A DNA stretch of 51,604 nucleotides from Octopus bimaculoides. Its lineage: Eukaryota. The stretch is from assembly GCF_001194135.2 (NCBI RefSeq), contig NC_068981.1, forward strand, positions 17,535,288-17,586,891. The letters are read 5' to 3'. The notes under the pieces are model-generated. The model did not search any database and had not been told where the DNA came from. It saw only the letters and a program-made list of their open reading frames with translations. A program made the position numbers and the translations under genes. This document shows positions 36,718 through 46,940 of this stretch, piece by piece (position 1 is the first letter of the stretch; every line of letters starts with the position of its first letter).

Positions 36718-36901
36718 ATTTATATTAAGGGCACTTCTATACATAAATGCCTCACGTTAGGAGGTATTCTTCAAGTCAAAACTACCATAATAAACACATT
36801 TTACCAAACGCTCAGTAAAATGTGTTTATTATGGTAGTTTTCACTTTAAGAGTCCCTCCTAGTGTGAGGCATTTATGCATAGTAATGCCCTTAATATAAA
36901 T
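36718..36901. repeat. 184-bp foldback palindrome
   Basis: 87-bp arms, 10-nt loop 36805-36814, about 9 mismatches all in the outer part. Contains TTAA|GGGCA...TGCCC|TTAA. Confidence 0.9.
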
Positions 36902-37237
36902 AAATATATTTATAGGGAATAATTAATAAATAAATTTTTCCCTTATGAGGTTTTTTCACACTAACGACTTGATAAATTCTTATAAAGATTTTATCCTATA
37001 TTTAAATTGTATATATATATATATATATATAGTTTAAAAAATCTTATGGTATACACCTCAAAGTCTGCTGTTAGAACACATTCACTGGCTCAGTGTTTGT
37101 TGGGTATTTGATTAATGAGAGAGCTGGAAGATACAAGAATCTTTATTGATCACAACAACAAACATGGTGTCAGTTTAACATCATTTACCAGCAAACTACC
37201 AGGTGTGTACCATACAATTTATTAACTAATATATATA

Positions 37238-38014
37238 CAGGGGGCAGTGAATAAACTGTCATCTAAATTACACAAAAATGAAAATAACACTAACATCTCA
37301 TTTTAACAGACATATTTACCAAAATTACATTAAAATATCTTGAAATACTTAAGAGTAAATTTATTCAATAAAATCACCATTGGCTTCAACCATGACCTCC
37401 AGACATCTTCGGAATCTCCTGCAACTCTTCTGGACAGTCTCTTTGGTGAATGCTGCCATAATCCTTGCCTTCAGTTCGTCTTTGGTGTTACAAGAAGTTT
37501 TGTTGGTCTCTTGCTCAACTGTGCCTCACACATTATAATCAAGGGGGTTGCAGTCTGGGGAGTTGAGGGGGGAAGATGTTAGGGGTCTTCCAGCAGCCAC
37601 TCTCTTGACCCAAGGCAGCATTACCTCCACCAGGAACTTGATGTAGTCATCTGTGTTGAGTGTGAGGCCATGTGGGAAGATGAATGGAAGCCTAATGTCA
37701 CCATCACTAGTGATCACTCCAAACACCATGATGTTGACTGGATGTTTGATTTTTATTATTCTTAGTATCTGTCCTCAGATTGACACCCAAACACTCTGAA
37801 ATGTTTATATTGGAACTTCCAGTATGAATGCCAAGCAGTACCACATGTCGTTTCCAAATTTCTGGCAAAATAAATTGCGTCATGGTGCTGTTTTTCTCAC
37901 AGGTGGTGCCCAAATGACCCTTCTATACTGTGTAGTCGACAAAATCAAAAACAAGCGATGTACACGCATGAGATTAAAAATCTAAAATGGCGACAATTTA
38001 CCCATCGCAGCCTG
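37238..38014 (-). mobile_element. internally deleted Tc1/mariner element (DD37D/maT-like)
   Basis: TA|CAGG..CCTG|TA ends with degenerate TIRs. Remnants: MTQFILPEIWKRH..., MVFGVITSDGD..PFIFP.GL.LNT, NSPDCNPLDY and GDFIE*. The second catalytic Asp region is deleted. Confidence 0.88.
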
Positions 38015-38228
38015 TATATGTGTGTATATAAAGGTAAATCGATGTCTTTTAAAGATAGTTACACTAAAAATAAGGCAACTATTAGCAAAACTAATGATTA
38101 TTATCTGTCAAAACCTTGACACTTTATGTATTGTACTAATAATTGCTTTCCAAACCGTACAGTTATTTCTACTTTTTCCTATTTTATTTTATCTTATTTG
38201 CATTTTTAAATATTAGGATACGGTTTTC

Positions 38229-38350
38229 GAATTTACAAGACCTGAAGAGTGTCCTCATTCTGAGTGGAACTTATCTTGATCAATTTATTGTAAATTGCAC
38301 AGATCTTTTGCAACATTTTGTGGCCGTGAAACGCGCGTAGTCTATTATTC
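38229..38350 (+). ncRNA. candidate type I hammerhead ribozyme with extended helix II
   Basis: agac(38238-41)-CTGAAGA(38242-48)-helix II(38249-38327)-GAAA-C-GCGC-GTA(38328-39)-gtct(38340-43), plus a distal helix I gaat/attc. Confidence 0.55.
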
Positions 38351-38592
38351 ACTTTTGTTTTTATAAATTTACTAAACTGAATTAAATTTTTTATCTAATA
38401 TTTTATAGATTTTATGGATTATAAATTTTCCTTTGGATTTTATAGTTTTTAAAATCAGTATTTTGAAGGGTACGTTTTTCTTGATGGTGTCTGACTCCTT
38501 CATTGTTTGGATTGCGTCTTGGTGGTTCTTCTCTAAATTATTAATATATATATATTTATATATATATTTAAATATATATACATGTGTGTGTG

Positions 38593-38631
<39 letters not shown>

Positions 38632-38649
38632 ATATATATATATAGAGAG

Positions 38650-39300
38650 AGAGACCGAAGTGTAAGTACGCCGCTATATTTTTATATATAAAAAATACGA
38701 AAATAGGACAAGAACGCAAAACATCCAGACAGACGATACAAAGAAAACAAGGACGGGTCATTCGGAGTTTTCTTTCCTCAGTCAAGTTCCAGACTATCTT
38801 TGCAATTTCGGCTGGTTATACTCGAGATTGCTCCAATCTGGCCAGCCCCAAGGAAAAACTAAGCTAAGGGCATTAGAATCCTTGGAAGAAAGCAGTGAAT
38901 GTATACGAAAACAAGGACGGGAAAAAAACGGAGAAATGTTACACAAATACAATACAAATAACAGGACATAACAACAGGTGTCTTTCGGCTAAAGACGAAT
39001 TAAATCAAGCTGGTGTGTGTGGAAGTAAAGCCTTACGGCAGGGACATATGATTTGACAGGCACAGGGAGGAATATAGATGTTGTACGGATGGTAGCCGAA
39101 CCAAGAAAGAAAGGTCAGGCTTAGCTGAATACCGGTCACGTGGGGAGAAAACAGAGAGATGTAGAGGCAGAGGGATAGAAGAATTAAGGACGAGCGAAAA
39201 AAATAAAAGAGACAGAGTGAAGTGAAAGAGGAGGGAAAGTGAGGCTGAAGAGAAGGCCAGGAAATGTGAGAGAGGGGGAACGAAAGAACGAAGAGTGGAA
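38650..39300. repeat. interspersed repeat between microsatellites, possibly Penelope-like
   Basis: Internal direct repeat gaaaacaaggacggg (two copies), perfect hairpin gtcttt/aaagac and a purine-rich end. The family call is inference. Confidence 0.4.
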
Positions 39301-39559
39301 TCACACACACACACACACACACCCACACACACACATATATAAATCATAAATATTAAAAATTATTACCAGTTCAGATTATATCTGATTTTTCACAAATAAT
39401 CTTTTCTTGCCATTTGATATCTTCAGCTTTATAATATAATTGCNNNNNNNNNNNCTGTTCAGTAAATATATTCATGTTTTTAAAAATATGTGCTTATAAC
39501 TATTTCTTTCAATTATAAGATATACATACATACACACATACATACACACATACATACAT

Positions 39560-39592
<33 letters not shown>

Positions 39593-39947
39593 CACATATA
39601 TATACATCTATATCTATATATACCGTCTATCCCATGGAAAACACGTTAAATGGTGATAATGATGATGTTGGGGGGGAATAATCATCATCATGGTGGTGGT
39701 GGTGGTGGTGGTGGTGTAATATTGTCTGTTTTAATATCAAGTTATGTATAAATAGAATTTGACATTAAACTGGGGGATTACTGAATATCATTTAGTAGAA
39801 TACTAAAGTTGACAGTGACTTCGAAATTATGGCTTTACGCATCTTAGTCAGACTGTCTATGTGTGAGTGCGTGCGTGCGTGCGTGTGTACGTATGTGTAT
39901 ACATATACACACACGCACGCCCACATATATATATGTGTGTGTGTCTC

Positions 39948-40357
39948 TTACTCTCTCTTTTACTCTTTTACTTGTTTCAGTCATTTGACTGCGGCCATGC
40001 TGGAGCACCGCCTTTAGTCGAGCAAATCGACCCCAGGACTTAGTCTTTGTAAGCCTAATACTTATTCTATCGATTTATTTTGCCGAACCGCTAAGTTACG
40101 GGGACGTAAACACACCAGCATCGGTTGTCAAGTGATGTTGGGGAACAAACACAGGCACACAAACACACACATATATATACACATATACATATATACGACG
40201 GGTTTCTTTCAGTTTCCGTCTACCAAATCCACTCACAAGGCTTTGGTCGGCCCGAGGCTATAGTAGAAGACACTTGCCCAAGGTGCCTCGCAGTGGGACT
40301 GAACCCGGAACCATGTGCTTGGTAAGCAAGCTACTTACCACACAGCACCTCCTACGC
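39948..40357 (-). mobile_element. SINE family A, full length
   Basis: Reverse complement of the 26521 copy. Confidence 0.93.
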
Positions 40358-40751
40358 TTTGCATGTTTATATGATAACATACGAAAGATAGTGTTAGGAG
40401 TAATATCAGGTAATGCCACGTGAGTAGGATGAATGCAATTTTACTTTATTCAAATTTCGCGTCCCATATCGTTGGGATCAAATGGCAGAAGAAAATCTGC
40501 CAGACTGGCATGGTTAGCAGGGCAACCATCCTCATCCTGCACAAATGATTATTTTGTTGGTTTGCATATATCCGTTACTTGAATGAAAAGACGTGCTGAA
40601 CGCTGGACTGACATCTGGCTCGAGAAGCAAAGGTCGTCCGCACTTGAACTACAGAATGTGTAAAAGTGTCACATGAAAGCGGTCAACACTAATCTTATCA
40701 CCTGAGAAGCAACCTTAGCTGTCAGCTAGTAAAAATTCCTAACGTCTAAGA

Positions 40752-40937
40752 CAGTGGTTACCAACCTTTTTTATGCCCTGCATCCCTAAAATTTTTTAAT
40801 ATGTTCTCGCACCCCTTAAAGTAATAATTAATATAAGAATAAAAGTGCCCGGGTCAATTGCTCTCTTTGACTCTATAAATCCGGCCCTGCTCGCACCCAC
40901 TGGAATGTTATCTCGCACCCTTGGCTGGGAAACCCTG
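40752..40937. mobile_element. hAT (Buster/Charlie-type) MITE with perfect 8-bp TSD
   Basis: TSD gtctaaga at 40744-51 and 40938-45 (TA-centred). TIRs cagtggttaccaacc / ggctgggaaaccctg match at 11 of 15; subterminal ctcgcaccc occurs three times. Confidence 0.9.
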
Positions 40938-41052
40938 GTCTAAGACAAGAAATTTCACAATGCCACCCCTATTGCTACCAATCAACTGGTCTTATTCAAA
41001 CCCTGTATTTTCTGTTAATTCATGGTTAATACCTATATATATCATAATCCGT

Positions 41053-41258
41053 TCTACTGTAGGCGCCTAAAATTTGGGGGGAGGGGGTAAGTCGATGACA
41101 TTGACCTCAATACTTGACTGGTACTTAATTTATCGACCCCGAAAGGATGTAAGGTAAAGTCGACCTCGGCGGAATTTGAACTCAGAATGTAGCGGCAGAC
41201 GAAATACCGCTAAGCATTTCGCCCGGCCTACCAACGTTTCTGCCAGCTCGCCGCCTTA
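41053..41258 (-). mobile_element. SINE family B, near full length
   Basis: Near-consensus. Confidence 0.92.
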
Positions 41259-41739
41259 ACCTATGTATACATCATAACATATTATGATGCCAGCAAAAGG
41301 CCAGTTGATTTTAGCCCTTTGCCCATCTGCCGCCCATCATTCAACCAATCGTCATCTCTCGTCTGTCTACCGTTATTGGAAGTTCTGTGATTTTGTTATG
41401 CAGTTCCTTCTGTTCGAATTCACTTTGATGCCATCAGCAGAAATGTCAACATGCCAGTCGATAGTTTGCTTGAAGAACCTTTCTTTTTGGACTTATGAAC
41501 GCACAGTAGTATGCCTACCTTGAACCCTAGTCTTTTACAGACCGTATCATGTCTCGTGCCACCCGTATCGCATGTGGTCACTTCGCTCCTTTTCATAAGA
41601 AATCAAGGATTTGACAACAGGTCAACGATTATTTTAATTACCTTAACTTATCAAGCATACTCCTATTTCACCGAAAAGGCGCCTCCTTCAACTCCTGATA
41701 ACAGAAGAACTAGGTGATAAAAAGCTTTTCGATGAAATA

Positions 41740-41930
41740 GCTCTTAGCGATAACACTGAAAAACGAAATTATTGAATGGCATTTTCTGAATCACCTTTCG
41801 TTACGTATTTTACAGAATAGTTAGTCGGGCTCCTGTATTTCATTCTGAATAAAATATTTGAACACTACAACATTTCACGTTTCTCCATCATTTCAGCTGG
41901 CTCCTCTGACCATAACCTTATTGCAGACGA
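41740..41930 (+). mobile_element. possible AP-endonuclease remnant of a LINE
   Basis: AGSSDHNLIA resembles the LGSSDH catalytic motif; upstream motifs are barely recognisable. Confidence 0.25.
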
Positions 41931-42093
41931 AAATACATCATCCCGGACTAATTTGACTTCATCACAGCCTAATATCAAGGTTCTGATTTCCTCACCAGTG
42001 ACTGAGACAAGGTCAGAACTCCAGCTCGTTATATGCAAGCGCTCTACTAAAAGATATTTTGCATTCTCTATTTAACATGTAAAACTGGAAACT

Positions 42094-42483
42094 GTTGTTG
42101 TTGTTGGCACTCCGTCGTTTATGACGTCGAGAGTTCCAGTTGATCCGATCAACGGAACAGCCTGCTCGTGAAATTAACGTGCAAGTGGCTGAGCACTCCA
42201 CAGACACGTGTACCCTTAACGTAGTTCTTGGGGAGATTCAGCGTGACACTGTGACAAGGCTGACCCTTTGAATTACAGGCACAACAGAAACAGGAAGTAA
42301 GAGCGAGAGAAAGTTGTGGTGAAAGAGTACAGCAGGGTTCGCCACCATCCCCTGCCGGAGCCTCGTGGAGCTTTAGGTGTTTTCGCTCAATAAACACTCA
42401 CAACGCCCGGTCTGGGAATCGAAACCGCGATCCTATGACCACGAGTCCGCTGCCCTAACCACTGGGCCATTGCGCCTCCAATC
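42094..42483 (-). mobile_element. SINE family C, full length, with 11-bp TSD
   Basis: TSD aactggaaact at 42083-42093 and 42484-42494. Confidence 0.93.
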
Positions 42484-43184
42484 AACTGGAAACTATCTCT
42501 CCGTTAATCAGTCTATCTGATTTACTGGTTTACGCCCTTCTTAGTCTTCCATACATTTTCCTGTCTCTATTTCGAGCACACACACGCACAATCAAATGTA
42601 CACACGCATAAATTTATTGGTAGTTATTAGTAGTCGATCAGCTTTGTTCAGCTCTCCATGTTAAAATATCGTTGGTCATGTGGCCCTTTTTGCATTAAAC
42701 AGTTTCTAGTCTCGTGATTTTTTTTTTCTGAACATCGAAGGAAATACCTTAAGCTGAAACTGATTTATTGAAATTGCATCGAAGCGTTGAACTGGCCAAT
42801 CACATCGGCTTCTCATCAACTGACTTCTGAGGCCTCTAGGCTATTATAACTTCTTAGAACCAAAGATTGATCGCAGATTCGCTGTGACAGCAGCTTACAG
42901 AACAGATGCCCATGTTGAATCTTGCACAAATCTTAACACAGATGCCGATAATTATAGTCTTCCACTTTGCACATAAATTCTCACTAATATAATCAACATT
43001 CGCATGAATTTCCTACTAAATTCCGTTGCACGTTATAGACTGTGCTGTTCGTCCCACTCAGAATACATACACTGTCACAAATAACCAATACAGGATTTAC
43101 TTTTCGAACTCATGAACTTTATTGAAGGACTGAACGGTGAACAATTTTTTTCTGGCTCCTCTAAAGAATAATATTGAACAGATA

Positions 43185-43372
43185 GGCGCAGGAGTGGCTG
43201 TGCGGTAAGTAGCTTGCTTACCAACCACATGGTTCCGGGTTCAGTCCCACTGTGTAGCACCTTGGGCAAGTGTCTTCTACTCTAGCCTCGGGCCGATCAA
43301 AGCCTTGTGAGTGGATTTGGTAGACGGAAACTGAAAGAAGCCTGTCGTATATATATATATATATATATATAT
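43185..43372 (+). mobile_element. SINE family A, 5' half into (TA)n and a gap
   Basis: Near-consensus. Confidence 0.92.
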
Positions 43373-43477
43373 NNNNNNNNNNNNNNNNNNNNNNNNNNNN
43401 NNNNNNNNNNNNNNNNNNNNNNNNNNNNNNNNNNNNNNNNNNNNNNNNNNNNNNNNNNNNNNNNNNNNNNNNNNTAT

Positions 43478-43691
43478 GTGTTTCTACTAAAGGCACAAGG
43501 ACAGAAATTTGGGAGAGTGGACTAGTCGATTACATCGATTTCAGTGGTCAACTGGTACTTAATTTATCGACCCCGAAAGGATGAAAGACAAAGTCGACCT
43601 CAGCGGAATTTGAACTCAGAACGTAAAGACGGACGGAACGCCGCTAAGCATTTTGCCGGCGTGCTAACGATTCCGCCAGCTTGCCGCCTTA
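43478..43691 (-). mobile_element. SINE family B, full length
   Basis: Near-consensus; head variant gctaacgattc. Confidence 0.92.
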
Positions 43692-43771
43692 CATGCAGTG
43701 CATATATAAAAAATATGCTAAACATTTCCTTGCATGCTTACTGGTACATTTAAATAGTTTTAGCTGTTTTA

Positions 43772-43934
43772 GCTGAAGAATGAACAAAAATTCCTTTGGA
43801 AGCAATTCAAACTTTGTACGAGTCCATACCTCATAGAATTCAAGCTGTAATTACTGCCAAAGGCAGTCCTACCCCATATTAAAATAAATTTGTCTGAAAT
43901 TTTAAGGTGTTTGCATTCTTTTGTCCAACCCCTG
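43772..43934 (+). mobile_element. 3' end of a Tc1-like transposon
   Basis: EE*TKIPLEAIQTLYESIPHRIQAVITAKGSPTPY* is a classic Tc1 C-terminus, followed by TIR ...ttgtccaacccctg|TA. Confidence 0.88.
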
Positions 43935-44000
43935 TATGTATATCGTTTTTTACAGCTGGAAGTAGATAAAACTATAAAAAATAGCTTTATTGTTTATAGC

Positions 44001-44050
44001 TTTTTCCACCCAAGGGTTTTTTATCTATTAAAAACCCTTGGGTGGAAAAA
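44001..44050. repeat. perfect 21-bp inverted repeat with 8-nt loop
   Basis: tttttccacccaagggttttt-tatctatt-aaaaacccttgggtggaaaaa. Confidence 0.9.
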
Positions 44051-45694
44051 AGTTGAAAGCTGCTACGTGCATGTCAATAACTGTCAAATATCATTGACCA
44101 ATCTGCTCCACACTTCCCTGTCATCTATCATTTCTACTACACAATCTTTTTAAGGCTCATATTCACCAGTAACTTCTGCGTAGCTATTCGACAAGATCTG
44201 CCTTTTCTTCTTTAACTATGTCTTGGTTTCCATACTAATAGCTTCTCCAACAATGTCCCACATACTTGGGTTTGCCTTCTTTGATGGTTTCTGTTAATAA
44301 TGGTATATTTCCATACAATACATTGTTCCATAAATATTACTCTCAAAAAAAAAAACGTTCTTCACTCTTTTTAAAATCTTGATAAACGTTCCATTTAATC
44401 TGCTTTGAATTATTTTCGTAAGTGTCCAGCATTCAGATACAGATATCAATATACTTTCTCCAGCAGCACAAAAAAAATCCGTATTTTGAGGCCATTAGAT
44501 ATATTTGACTCTGATATTGCGGACATTTTGTTCATTGCTGACCATGCCAATTCAATTCTTATTTCATACTGTTTCTTTGAGCTTGCTTTCTATCCATAAC
44601 CCCAGATATTTGAGCACATTTACAAATTTCCAAGTTTGCACCCTTTGATGATGTGATGTATTCTTTTCGTTGATTGAAAGCCGTGAACTCAATTTTACTG
44701 TCATTGGTATATAGTCCGATCTGTTTCGAAGCTTCCCCAATTCGTTGAGATAGTAGCTGACAGCGTTAGAAGCAAGAGCTATATCGTCTGCATAATCTGT
44801 ATCAATAATTATATTTTAAGAAATAACGTCTCCGTTTTGAAGAGCTATTTGGAAACCTGCCTTGAATATTAGTATCAAATTTTGACACAAGGTCAGCAAT
44901 TCTTAAAAAGCATCATACTGTTGTTGATTTTTAGCTGCAATAACTGATAAACTTATGCCTCTAAATTGTTTAGTATAACCAATGTTACCAATATCGGCTA
45001 CGTCTAGATGTAAAGTTTTATTACAGACTTCAAGTTATGAATCATAGAGTTTTCCAAACTTTTACTGATATATTGTCAAGACCCGGTGCCTTGCCAATAG
45101 AAAGGTACTCGATACAATTCTTTGGTTCTTCTTTGATAAAATCATTTGTAACTATAGTAAGGTTTATTTCACAACATTAATGGCTGGTTGGTCTATGATG
45201 TCAGGTAGCTGTCCAAGATTAGAAAAGTGTTTTTTCAATTTTTTTTTTTTTAATTCTGCTATCTTTAGGGTTGTTTGCATTTAGTTTTCTTCTAGTGACT
45301 TTCTTTCTCCCTGCTATTTCATTCACAGTTGCCCGTGCTAGAAATTATTATTGGTTTTCTGAAACAATTTTTATTACATTAATATTTATCCGGAAGACAA
45401 GCTTCAAGTTCTTGTTTTACTTGACGTTTCGTATTTTTCCAATTTTGTTACTTTTCTTAGCTTACACGATTTTACTTATTTTACATGTAGTTTTATATAC
45501 TTTCTTCAATTCTCTCTTCTTAATTATCTCTTTACTTTCCTATGAGATAAGTTGGGTTTTTTTTTTCCTTCTACTTCTAGAATATTCCCTTATGCTGCCT
45601 TTTCTTGCGCATTTCCGATGTTATTTTAAATGGAGTTGACATTATTAACGTCATCAAAAATCTGTAACGGTTCGAAGCAATTTTTAATAACGAC

Positions 45695-46069
45695 TTTTAT
45701 CCTTTATCTTTTACTTGATTCAGTCATTAGACTGCCGCCATGCTGGAGCACCGCTTTGAAGAATTTTTGGACGATCGAATCGACACCNNNNNNNNNNNNN
45801 NNNNNNNNNNNNNNNNNNNNNNNNNNNNNNNNNNNNNNNNNNNNNNNNNNNNNNNNNNNNNNNNNNNNNNNNNNNNNNNNNNNNNNNNNNNNNNNNNNNN
45901 NNNNNNNNNNNNNNNNNNNNNNNNNNNNNNNNNNNNNNNNNNNNNNNNNNNNNNNNNNNNNNNNNNNNNNNNNNNNNNNNNNNNNNNNNNNNNNNNNNNN
46001 NNNNNNNNNNNNNNNNNNNNNNNNNNNNNNNNNNNNNNNNNNNNNNNNNNNNNNNNNNNNNNNNNNNNN

Positions 46070-46107
<38 letters not shown>

Positions 46108-46280
46108 GACGGGTTTCTTTTAGTTTCTTTCCATCTGCCAAATCCACTCACAAGGCTTTGGTCGGCACGAGGCTATAGTAGAAGACACTTGTCCAGGGTT
46201 GCTATACAGTGGAACCGAACCCGGAACCACGATGTTGTTGTTTGAGAAGCAAACTTCTTACCACACAGCCACGCCTGCGC
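45695..46280 (-). mobile_element. SINE family A spanning a gap, inserted in the RTE LINE
   Basis: 3' end at 45695-45787 and 5' half at 46070-46280. Confidence 0.88.
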
Positions 46281-46534
46281 CTGTTTATGAATTTAGCATT
46301 GATGCTAAGTTTCCTCCAGTCATAACACGCTTTGCCTATTTTTACCTTCTCATTTACTACCATGTTCAGCCTGAACTTTTCTGTTACCATTGTAGGTTTC
46401 GTAGTTCATTGCATTATTTCCCCCCCACCTTTTTTGTTGTTGATTATAATATAATTCCCTTGCATTCTAGTGTTATTTAGGTACGTTAATGGCCACAGCT
46501 TACTTTTCTCCTTTTCCGTATCGTGCACTCGAAT

Positions 46535-46940
46535 CAGGGCCGAGTTAAGACCCATAGAGGCCCTAAGCACTTAAAATATTTTGATATACAAACAATAATA
46601 AACCATATTTCTTTTTTTTTTTTTTCGAAATGAAACAAAACCAACAAAACGATGGAAAATAATGTTCTTGTATATTTCCACTTTATTTATATTCGAAAAG
46701 TTTTCTCCTACTTTTTTTAATAGCGAAGTCTTTGGTCAAATCCTCAAAACTGATCCACAAATCCTCAAAACTTACGTAGCACATCTGCTTCTATATTTTG
46801 TAGAGATGAGGCACCCCGAATATTATTTTAGCAAGTTTAAGGTGATTTCTTTTGTGACGTAAACCATTTACCATTTCTGTGGTCTCCCCCCTTCCCTTGG
46901 CGTTCTAAGCACTTGCTTATTTTCCTTAATGACTAATAGA
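46535..46940. mobile_element. hAT-Tip100-like non-autonomous element inserted in the RTE LINE
   Basis: Starts cagggccgagttaagaccc..ggccctaagcact and repeats ctaagcacttgcttatttt near the right end. The right TIR is degraded. Confidence 0.55.

Noticed and set aside
38745-38790. Minus-strand CTGAGGA...CGAATGACCCGTC as a hammerhead
   Set aside because: GAAA is replaced by GAAT, helix II would sequester the core and helix I is absent.
1108-46178. Long ORFs containing X runs (for example 14776-15678, 28194-29534, 32174-32974)
   Set aside because: They are open only because N gaps and (TA)n/(TG)n tracts contain no stop codons.
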